Positions 1 through 6,674 of a stretch of 16,621 nucleotides of DNA are shown here, piece after piece. This DNA is from Nitrospinales bacterium. Its GTDB lineage: Bacteria > Nitrospinota > Nitrospinia > Nitrospinales > JAJDAT01. The DNA lies in NCBI GenBank assembly GCA_046757665.1, contig JBHHYO010000061.1, positions 1 through 16,621 on the forward strand. The letters are read 5' to 3'. Every line of letters starts with the position of its first letter. Position 1 is the first letter of the stretch. The notes under the pieces are model-generated. The model worked only from the letters and a program-made list of their open reading frames with translations. It ran no database searches and was not told where the DNA came from. Position numbers and translations under genes: made by a program.

Positions 1-1
1 C

Positions 2-61
2 GACGAGATCAAGAAGTACGTAAAGCAAATTGAGAAGGCTATTCCGGCTTCTTCGCGATAG
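2..61 (+). CDS. 3' end of an upstream gene (partial, ...DEIKKYVKQIEKAIPASSR*), product unknown
   Basis: Frame +2 is open from the window edge to TAG at 59-61, reads as a plausible helical peptide, and has the same orientation as radA. Too short to identify. Confidence 0.45.
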   Translation, partial: DEIKKYVKQIEKAIPASSR

Positions 62-219
62 CGTGGCGGCGTTCCCGCCGTGCCGTCGCTCTCATCGCCG
101 CGTTGAAATCGCGTTTTTGGGTTGATTTCGCCGCCGTGTTCCCGCAATCTCCTCTTGAGTTTTTCCACAAACGATCAACCGTTTTGAGTTGTGCCGGAAG
201 GTTTTCGGCGCCGGATGCC

Positions 220-1587
220 ATGGCCAAACCCACTTCCGTTTTCGTCTGTCAATCCTGCGGTAGCCAGGCGCCGAAATGGCTGGGCCGGTGTCCGGAATGC
301 GAGGCGTGGAACAGCTTTGTCGAGGAACGCCTGACCGCTCCCGCCCAGAAGGGGCGTTCGGCGGCCCGCTCCGGCGGCGGCGCGGCGCAACCCATTACCG
401 AAATTTCCGGTTTGGCCGTGGAACGGCTGTCCGCCGGCATCGGCGAACTGGACCGGACACTCGGCGGCGGCCTGGTCGCCGGCTCCCTGGTTCTTGTCGG
501 CGGCGAACCGGGAATCGGCAAGTCCACCCTCATCCTGCAAAGCATGGGCCGGATGGCACAGGCCGGCAAAAAAGTCCTCTACGTTACGGGAGAAGAATCC
601 CCCGCGCAGATCAAACTGCGCGCCGAACGTCTCCACTGCATTTCGCAAAACCTCATCGTTTGTTCGGAAATCTGTATCGAAGAAGTCTTGCTCTTGTTGG
701 ACCAGGTACAGCCCGACGCCCTGGTTCTGGATTCCATCCAAACCTTTTACACCCGGGAACTGCCGTCGGCGCCGGGTAGCGTGGGGCAGGTTCGTGAGGT
801 GGCGTTTAAAATCTTCCAGGAGATCAAGGCGCGCTCCCTGCCGGTGTTTTTGATCGGTCACATCACCAAGGACGGCGCCATCGCCGGCCCCAAGACCCTG
901 GAACACATCGTCGATACGGTGATCTACTTTGAAGGCGAGCGCGCCCACGCCTACCGTATTCTCCGCGCCGTCAAAAACCGGTACGGAGCGACGCCGGAGA
1001 TCGGCGTCTTTGAAATGACCGGCGCCGGACTGGTGCCCGTGGACAATCCCTCGGAAATCTTCCTGGCCGAAAGGCCGGACGATTCCCCCGGCTCGGTGAT
1101 CGTCTCCAGCATGGAAGGCAGTCGCTCCCTGTTCGTGGAAATCCAGGCGCTGGTCAGCACCTCCACCAACGTGGGTATGCCGCGCCGCATGGCGACCGGC
1201 CTCGATTACAACCGCATGTCCCTGCTGATCGCCATCATGGAAAAACGTCTGGACATTCCGTTGCAGGGAGAGGATATTTTCGTTAACGTCGCCGGCGGCA
1301 TCAAGGTCAGCGAACCGGCGGTTGACCTGGGCATGGCCGCGGCCATCGCCGGCAGTTTTCGCAACCGTGCCCTCGACCCGCGCACGGTGATGATCGGCGA
1401 GGTCGGCCTGACCGGCGAAGTGCGATCCGTTTTGCAACTGGAACCGCGCATCGCCGAGGCGGCGCGGCTTGGGTTCAAGCGCTGTATCGTTCCCCATGCC
1501 GCCCAAAAAGCGGATTTCGCGTCCCAGGCCTCCGTGAAACTGCAATTCGTCAAAACCCTGGCGGAAGCCCTCGACATGGTGTTATGA
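220..1587 (+). CDS. radA: DNA repair protein RadA/Sms
   Basis: N-terminal C4 zinc finger (CQSC...CPEC), Walker A GGEPGIGKST, Walker B LVLDSIQ, KNRYG (variant of the RadA KNRFG motif) and a Lon-like C-terminal domain (GEVGLTGEVR). Start placed at ATG 220 (MAKPTSVFVC) rather than the ORF-track 103, because RadA normally begins just before the zinc finger. Confidence 0.97.
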   Translation: MAKPTSVFVCQSCGSQAPKWLGRCPECEAWNSFVEERLTAPAQKGRSAARSGGGAAQPITEISGLAVERLSAGIGELDRTLGGGLVAGSLVLVGGEPGIGKSTLILQSMGRMAQAGKKVLYVTGEESPAQIKLRAERLHCISQNLIVCSEICIEEVLLLLDQVQPDALVLDSIQTFYTRELPSAPGSVGQVREVAFKIFQEIKARSLPVFLIGHITKDGAIAGPKTLEHIVDTVIYFEGERAHAYRILRAVKNRYGATPEIGVFEMTGAGLVPVDNPSEIFLAERPDDSPGSVIVSSMEGSRSLFVEIQALVSTSTNVGMPRRMATGLDYNRMSLLIAIMEKRLDIPLQGEDIFVNVAGGIKVSEPAVDLGMAAAIAGSFRNRALDPRTVMIGEVGLTGEVRSVLQLEPRIAEAARLGFKRCIVPHAAQKADFASQASVKLQFVKTLAEALDMVL

Positions 1588-2270
1588 AAATTTGCGCGAT
1601 CATTCCGGCCGCCGGGCATGGAGCCCGAATGGGCAAAACCATACCCAAGCAGTTCCTGGAATTCAACGGCAAGCCCATTCTCCGTCACACCCTGCACGTG
1701 TTTAAAACGTGCGGTCTTTTCGATTCGCTGGTACTGGTTGCGCCGCCGGACGCCATGCGGGCGGCTGAGGAGGAATGCGCGGGTATTGAAATCGCCGTGG
1801 TCCCCGGCGGCGAGAAGCGCCAGGACTCCGTTTTTCAGGGGGTCCGGGCTCTGGATGCCGACACCGAAATCGTCGTTGTGCACGACGGCGTCCGCCCCTT
1901 TGTCAGCCGGCGGATGATCCGCGAATCGGTGGATGCCGCGCGCCGGTTCGGCGCCGCCATCACCGCCATCCCCGTCAACGACACCGTCAAACGGGCTTCC
2001 CCGGAGGGCTTCGTCGAACGCACCATCGACCGCGAAAGCTTGTGGCGCATCCAAACCCCGCAGGCGTTCCAATATTCCTTGTTACGCCAGGCCCTGGAGC
2101 AGGCCGCCGCCGATGGCTATTACGGCACCGACGAGGGCGCGCTGATCGAACACATCGGCAAACCCGTAAAGATCATTCGCGGATCGGAACTCAATATAAA
2201 AATCACCCGGCCGGAAGACCTGGTCCTCGGCGAAACCATCGCCGCCGCCGGTAATTTTTTGGAAGATTAG
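1584..2270 (+). CDS. ispD: 2-C-methyl-D-erythritol 4-phosphate cytidylyltransferase
   Basis: AIIPAAGHGARMG...PKQF, GGEKRQDSV, VVHDGVRPF, IQTPQAF, TDE and NIKITRPEDL motifs. ATGA overlap with the radA stop. Confidence 0.96.
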   Translation: MKICAIIPAAGHGARMGKTIPKQFLEFNGKPILRHTLHVFKTCGLFDSLVLVAPPDAMRAAEEECAGIEIAVVPGGEKRQDSVFQGVRALDADTEIVVVHDGVRPFVSRRMIRESVDAARRFGAAITAIPVNDTVKRASPEGFVERTIDRESLWRIQTPQAFQYSLLRQALEQAAADGYYGTDEGALIEHIGKPVKIIRGSELNIKITRPEDLVLGETIAAAGNFLED

Positions 2271-2338
2271 CAGGTGCTGAAAAAGTCAGTTTGCCTGTCA
2301 TGCAGAGTGCGCCTTATTTAAGAAAGCCTTGGTTTGAT

Positions 2339-2444
2339 CGTCATTGCGAGGAGGCGGAGCCGACGAAGCAATCCAGAAAGGACCCATTCCCACCGGGCGT
2401 GGCCCGGCTGGATCGCCGCGCCGCCGGTGGCGGCTCGCGATGAC
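2339..2444. repeat. CGTC-type REP-like palindromic element
   Basis: CGTCATTGCGAGGAGGCGGAGCCGACGAAGCAATCCAG (2339-2376) pairs with CTGGATCGC...CTCGCGATGAC (2408-2444). This resembles the widespread GTCATTGCGAG...GAAGCAATCC / GGATTGC...CTCGCAATGAC extragenic palindrome. Confidence 0.8.
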
Positions 2445-2499
2445 ACCGGGGCGGCGAGGCCCCGGGGTTATGAAGGCCACCTTATTTAATGGACTTGTT

Positions 2500-2515
2500 G
2501 CCCTTCGGGCTTTTT
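2500..2515 (+). terminator. Possible intrinsic terminator for radA-ispD
   Basis: GCCC-TTC-GGGC hairpin followed by TTTTT. The stem is short, and it overlaps the right inverted repeat of the MITE-like element. Confidence 0.35.
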
Positions 2516-2541
2516 CAGCAACCCGTTAGAGGCAGGGGGAG

Positions 2542-3558
2542 TCAGAAATAAACCTGCACCTCTGCTTTTTGTCTCAAGGCGTTCACGAACTCCCTGGTTT
2601 TCGCAGTGGATTTTTCCCGTTTTACGATCGCTTCAATTCTTTTTTTGACCTTTTCGAAGGGGCTGATTTCGCCGGGTTTTTTGCCGGTGACCTTCAAAAG
2701 CTGGTAGCCGTGCTGGGTGCGGAACACCTCGCTGATTTCGCCGACCTTCATTTTAAAGGCTCGCTGGCTGAAGGGGGCGAACATGATTTTCCGGGTGAAG
2801 AATCCCAGATCGCCGCCGCGTTTCGCCAGCGAATCTTGCGAATATTTCCTGGCCGCCTCCGCGAAATCCTCGCCGTCCTTGATTTCGTTACGAATCGCCT
2901 CGATCTTTTCGTTGGCTTTTTCCGCGGCTTTCGGCCCGCCCTTTGGGTCGATCTTGATTAAAATGACGCTGGCCCGCGTCTGCTCCCCCGTTGCAAACTG
3001 GTTCTTGTTTTTTTCATAATAGGCCTTCAATTCCTCCGGCGTAATTTCAATCCGGGGTTCGATCTCCTTTTTGAGCACGGCTTCCATCAACAGGTCCATT
3101 TCCACTTCTTTTCTGAGTTCATCCGGCGTCATTTTTTCTTCGGCCAGTTTGTCCTGGAACTCGTGGTCCGACTTGAAACTGGCTTTGATTTTGTTGAACC
3201 GTTGTTCCGTTTGTTCGGGCGAGGCCTGGAGTCCCAGTTCTTTGCCTCTTTGCAACAGGAGTTCGCGTTCGATTTCCTGTTCCGTCAGTTTTTTTGCCTC
3301 GGCTTTTTCCTGGTCGGGGGAAAGCCGTTTTCCCTGGGCCTTGCGTTGCAGGATGATTTGCTTCAACTGCCGCCAAACGTATTGGCCGGGGATATCCACT
3401 CCATTGACTCTGGCCACGGCGTCGGGAAGCGAAATGGTCGGGTCGTTGGCGTCGTGGTCGTGTCCTCCTCCATGGGCTTCCACGTTCGGGGCATAGATCA
3501 GCCACGCGGCCAGAATCGCCGGAAAGGCCCACGTGAATTTGAAATTCAACTGGCGCAT
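2542..3558 (-). CDS. Exported SurA/PrsA-like foldase (SurA N-terminal domain plus PpiC/parvulin domain)
   Basis: Signal peptide ending ...NVEA, VARVNG followed by a helical SurA-N region, and parvulin features (FAEAARKYSQD, GGDLGFF, GEISEVFRTQHGY). GAGGA ribosome-binding site upstream of the ATG. Confidence 0.9.
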   Translation of the reverse strand: MRQLNFKFTWAFPAILAAWLIYAPNVEAHGGGHDHDANDPTISLPDAVARVNGVDIPGQYVWRQLKQIILQRKAQGKRLSPDQEKAEAKKLTEQEIERELLLQRGKELGLQASPEQTEQRFNKIKASFKSDHEFQDKLAEEKMTPDELRKEVEMDLLMEAVLKKEIEPRIEITPEELKAYYEKNKNQFATGEQTRASVILIKIDPKGGPKAAEKANEKIEAIRNEIKDGEDFAEAARKYSQDSLAKRGGDLGFFTRKIMFAPFSQRAFKMKVGEISEVFRTQHGYQLLKVTGKKPGEISPFEKVKKRIEAIVKREKSTAKTREFVNALRQKAEVQVYF

Positions 3559-3633
3559 GTTAAAAGGTCCTCGGAAAAATTGAAAGTTTGGTTCAAGCGG
3601 GAAACGTCCGAATGACTTTCGGAGCAGAATTTT

Positions 3634-3662
3634 AAGTTAATCCTCAAGGCAGGGGATGTCAA
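3634..3662 (-). promoter_or_regulatory. Putative sigma70 promoter for the foldase gene
   Basis: On the - strand TTGACA (3662-3657), 17-bp spacer, TAACTT (3639-3634). The -35 overlaps the TGA stop of the MFS gene. Confidence 0.45.
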
Positions 3663-4900
3663 CCGGTTTGTTGGGGGTCGTCGGTTCCCCTTGGCAGTTC
3701 CCGGGCCAGGGAGCGGAAGAGGTAGATGGCCGCCAGGCTGACGAGGAATAAAGCGGAGACCGCGGCGCGGTATTTGAATGTTTCGGTGTTTTCAAAAATC
3801 CAGACGATGGCGCCCCAGAGGAGGGGGCCGAGGATGGAGGCCATTTTCCCGGCCAGGCCGTAGAGCCCGAAAAATTCGCCGACTTTTTCCGGCGGCGACA
3901 GCTGGATGAGGAGAGCGCGGCTGACGACCCAGACGCCGCCCATGCCGACGCCGGCCATCGGCCCGACCAGCCAAAACACCGTTTCGCCGTGGCTCGCCGC
4001 CGCGGTCAGCAACGCCGCCGCCCATATTCCCAGGACCAGTCCGTACGACCAAAGGGCGCCTTTGGCTTTCACCAGCCAGCCGATGAGAAGCGAACCCGCC
4101 ATCGCCGATACGGTCGAGACGATCAAAAATGAGTTGATTTGGCTGTCGTCAAAACCGATCACATTATGGGCGTAGATCGACATGAAGGCGATGATGGTAT
4201 TGACGACATCCAGGATGAGGAAATGGATGAGGATGAACTTCAGCAGGTGGCGGTACCGGGCCGCCTGGGCGGCGGTTTGTTTCAAGGCGCGGAAGGCGTC
4301 GAGCAGGCGCGCCGGAGCGGTTCGTTTCGCCGGCGGGTCCTTCACGAAAAGAAAACAGGGGACGGCAAAAAGAAGAAACAGGCTGGCGGTGGGCACAAAC
4401 GCGGCGGCCCGGCCCCCCTCGCTAACGAAGGGTTTCACGATCAGCAGGCCGGCGATGGAGCCCAGATAGCCCAGCGCCACGCCGTAACCGGAAACCAGGC
4501 CGACGTGGGTCCCCCGGGAAACGCCGGGCAACATCCCGTTGTAAAACACCATCGCCGATTGATAACAATAGTTGGCCAGGACGAACAAGATCAATCCCTG
4601 GGCGAGTTGGCCGGTCATGCCGATTGCCGCCGTGCAGGCGACGCAGATGATCGTTAACAGGACCAGGGGGCCGCGCCGTTTGCCCGTCCGGTCGGACAGG
4701 GCGCCGAAAACGGGCACGCTCACCGCCACCGCCAGCATCGAGCCCGACAGGGCCGCGCCGTAAACAATGTCCCGACCGCCATGATCCACCGTGACCCACA
4801 GGGCAAAGTAGAGCGAAATGACGTTCATGGAAAAAATCGTGTTGGCAAAATCGTACAGCGACCAGGAGACGATGCCGAGTGTGTCGGGCTTGCCGGTCAT
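3659..4900 (-). CDS. MFS transporter, Atg22/UMF1-like family
   Basis: About 12 hydrophobic segments; N-terminal SWSLYDFAN; motif A-like GALSDRTGKRR; FYNGML, VSGYGVALGYLG and GEFFGLYGLAGK, all typical of UMF1/Atg22-like MFS proteins. Confidence 0.9.
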   Translation of the reverse strand: MTGKPDTLGIVSWSLYDFANTIFSMNVISLYFALWVTVDHGGRDIVYGAALSGSMLAVAVSVPVFGALSDRTGKRRGPLVLLTIICVACTAAIGMTGQLAQGLILFVLANYCYQSAMVFYNGMLPGVSRGTHVGLVSGYGVALGYLGSIAGLLIVKPFVSEGGRAAAFVPTASLFLLFAVPCFLFVKDPPAKRTAPARLLDAFRALKQTAAQAARYRHLLKFILIHFLILDVVNTIIAFMSIYAHNVIGFDDSQINSFLIVSTVSAMAGSLLIGWLVKAKGALWSYGLVLGIWAAALLTAAASHGETVFWLVGPMAGVGMGGVWVVSRALLIQLSPPEKVGEFFGLYGLAGKMASILGPLLWGAIVWIFENTETFKYRAAVSALFLVSLAAIYLFRSLARELPRGTDDPQQTG

Positions 4901-5688
4901 TGCAGGGGCAGGACGGTGCGGAATCCGACGATGTCGTTTTTGGTGTTGGGGTCGTTGTGGGCGCGCCGGGTGGCCCGGACGCCGTCAATGTCGTTGACCC
5001 AGGAACCGCCGCGCAGGACTTTGCCGTCGCCGGCGTCGGGGCCCTCCGGATTCATTTCCGGGCCGAACCGGTAATAGTCCGCGGCGTACCAGTCGAGGCA
5101 CCACTCCCACACGTTGCCGGACATGTTGAAGACGCCGAAGGGGCTTACCCCGGACTGGTAATAGGTGACCGGGGCGGTGAAGGAATAGTTGTCGTCGTCG
5201 CCGAAGATGTTGACGAAGAAAAAGAAGAAGCCCTTGTCGAATTTTTTCCCCCAGGGGAAGGGCCGGGCGTCGGAGCCGCGGGCCGCCTTTTCCCATTCCG
5301 CCTCGGTGGGCAGGCGGCGGCCCTTCCAGCGGGCATAGGCCATGGCGTCGTACCAACTGACGCCGACCACGGGCCGGTCCGGCCCGTTGAACCGTTCGTC
5401 ATCCCAGAACTTCGGCTTGGGATGGCCCGTGGCGCGGAGAAATTCGCCGTACTGGGCGTTGCTCACTTCGTATTTGTCGATGAAAAACGCGGCGGTGTAG
5501 ACAAAGTGCAGGGGTTTTTCGTCATCCGCGCCGGCAGAGGAAGTTCCCATGGGGAAATACCCGTCGGACACGTACACCATGCCTTGTGGCTGGGAAAAAA
5601 CGGAAATGGAAGGAACGATCAGGAATGAGAAAACCAGGAGGGACAGCGCCGAAAAAAACGGCCACCTTGTCTTGCGCGCGCGGATCAT
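4897..5688 (-). CDS. Formylglycine-generating enzyme (FGE/SUMF1)-domain protein with an N-terminal signal or TM segment
   Basis: FPMG, DEKPLH, IDKYEVSNAQY, PVVGVSWYDA, RLPTEAEWEKAARG, FNMSGNVWEW, RGGSW and GFR motifs; hydrophobic N-terminus. ATGA overlaps at both ends. Confidence 0.92.
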   Translation of the reverse strand: MIRARKTRWPFFSALSLLVFSFLIVPSISVFSQPQGMVYVSDGYFPMGTSSAGADDEKPLHFVYTAAFFIDKYEVSNAQYGEFLRATGHPKPKFWDDERFNGPDRPVVGVSWYDAMAYARWKGRRLPTEAEWEKAARGSDARPFPWGKKFDKGFFFFFVNIFGDDDNYSFTAPVTYYQSGVSPFGVFNMSGNVWEWCLDWYAADYYRFGPEMNPEGPDAGDGKVLRGGSWVNDIDGVRATRRAHNDPNTKNDIVGFRTVLPLQ

Positions 5689-5906
5689 TTCATGTCGAAA
5701 AAACCAATGTGGACCACTGGATTCTCTTTTCCCGCCACGGTGTTTTCCACGGTGATCTCCTCAATGTCCTGGATATCGATCCACTCGTAGTGACCGTTCC
5801 AGCAATTGAGCGTCACGACCGTGTTGCCATACCAGTCGGTGGTCTGGTTGAGAAACACCGGGGCCTGGCATCGATGGCAGTTTCCTTGCGGTTTCATGAG
5901 TTTCAT
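5685..5906 (-). CDS. Small hypothetical protein, putative zinc ribbon
   Basis: 73 aa with CHRC...CWNGH. Its stop overlaps the FGE-like gene start (ATGA). It has a purine-rich upstream sequence and lies just downstream of promoter-like elements. Confidence 0.7.
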   Translation of the reverse strand: MKLMKPQGNCHRCQAPVFLNQTTDWYGNTVVTLNCWNGHYEWIDIQDIEEITVENTVAGKENPVVHIGFFDMK

Positions 5907-5975
5907 GCCTTTTAAGCTTTCCCTCCGGGGAAGGAAGACGTGAATCGCGGGTTAAAACCCCCTGACGACCCGGCA

Positions 5976-6033
5976 GTTATAAACGATTTTTGTTCTAAAA
6001 GTCAATCATGTCCGAGATGTTTGCCGGTGTCAA
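5976..6033 (-). promoter_or_regulatory. Tandem putative sigma70 promoters for the Zn-ribbon/FGE/MFS operon
   Basis: - strand: TTGACA (6033-6028)-N17-CATGAT (6010-6005), and TTGACT (6005-6000)-N18-TATAAC (5981-5976), in an AT-rich intergenic tract. Confidence 0.55.
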
Positions 6034-6054
6034 ATAAAAAAATCGCCCGTGGCG
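6034..6054 (-). terminator. Possible weak intrinsic terminator after maf
   Basis: - strand CGCC-ACG-GGCG followed by ATTTTTTTAT, just past the maf stop. The stem is only 4 bp. Confidence 0.35.
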
Positions 6055-6065
6055 GCCGGCGGTTT

Positions 6066-6647
6066 TCAGCTTTTGCCGATGGCGCGGCGGAGCAGGGTTT
6101 GCAGTGTTTCGACCGGCAGGCCGACGATGTTGGAATAGGAGCCTTCATGCGCCCGCACCAGGAAAGCCCCCTTGCCCTGGATGGCGTAGGCTCCGGCCTT
6201 GTCCAGGGGTTCGCCGGTGCGGACGTATGCGGCGATTTCCTCGTCGGTCGCGGTTTTGAAATCGACGCAGGACAGGGCGGCCTCCTGGAAGAGCTTGCCC
6301 GCCGGGTTGGCCACGGCGACGCCGGTGATCACCTGGTGCCGCCGTCCGCAAAGGGATTTCAGGATACAGCGGGCGTCGTTTTCGTCCTTGGGCTTGCCGA
6401 TGATTTTTCCGTCCAGCACGACAATGGTATCGGCGCCGATAACCATACAGCCCGGATGCCGTTGCGCCACCCAAAGCGCCTTGTCCCGCGCCATGGCCAA
6501 GGCGTTGGTTTCCGGCGGGCGTTCGGGGTCGATTTTCTCATCCACCTCGCTGGGGATGACTTCAAACTCCTCGACGAGCCCTCTCAGCAACTCGCTACGG
6601 CGCGGCGATTGGGAAGCCAGGATGATTTTGACACCGGTTAAAGGCAA
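6066..6647 (-). CDS. maf: Maf family nucleoside triphosphate pyrophosphatase, YhdE-type (dTTP/UTP)
   Basis: IILASQSPRR, GADTIV, IGKPKD, GEPLDKAGAYAIQG and NIVGLP motifs. The SPRR/DTIV/IQG residues fit YhdE rather than YceF. The TTG start is uncertain by a few codons. Confidence 0.95.
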   Translation of the reverse strand: MPLTGVKIILASQSPRRSELLRGLVEEFEVIPSEVDEKIDPERPPETNALAMARDKALWVAQRHPGCMVIGADTIVVLDGKIIGKPKDENDARCILKSLCGRRHQVITGVAVANPAGKLFQEAALSCVDFKTATDEEIAAYVRTGEPLDKAGAYAIQGKGAFLVRAHEGSYSNIVGLPVETLQTLLRRAIGKS

Positions 6648-6674
6648 CAGGGGAATTCCGTTCGCATAGTGTTT

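Larger units (their letters stand above)
2271..2525. mobile_element. Putative non-autonomous miniature inverted-repeat element (MITE) with IS5/IS1182-like ends
   Basis: Left end CAGGTGCTGAAAAAGTC (2271-2287); reverse complement of the right end CGGGTTGCTGAAAAAGCC (2508-2525). The core TGCTGAAAAAG is an 11-bp perfect inverted match. TTAG flanks both ends directly (2267-2270 and 2526-2529). No transposase-sized ORF inside. Confidence 0.6.

Noticed and set aside
161-169. TTTTCCACA matches the DnaA box consensus TTWTNCACA upstream of radA
   Set aside because: Single copy with no cluster or unwinding element. One match in 16 kb can easily occur by chance.
103-219. N-terminal extensions from the ORF track for radA (also the flippase from 7043, dehydrogenase from 11792, acyltransferase from 15926)
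   Set aside because: The extensions lack family similarity, and some overlap upstream genes or promoter-like sequence. Downstream starts fit better.
175-1545. 456-aa ORF antisense to radA, and similar long antisense ORFs (1206-2072, 4879-5628, 5940-6641, 8653-9450, 14959-15657)
   Set aside because: They overlap well-supported genes on the opposite strand, have no recognisable motifs, and are the expected shadow ORFs of biased codon usage.
2298-2529. 60-61 aa ORFs within the ispD-foldase intergenic region
   Set aside because: Low-complexity Arg/Pro/Gly translations of a palindromic repeat, with no ribosome-binding site or transposase similarity.
5907-5975. Short hairpins in the leader of the Zn-ribbon gene, considered as a riboswitch
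   Set aside because: No recognisable aptamer consensus, and the stems are short.
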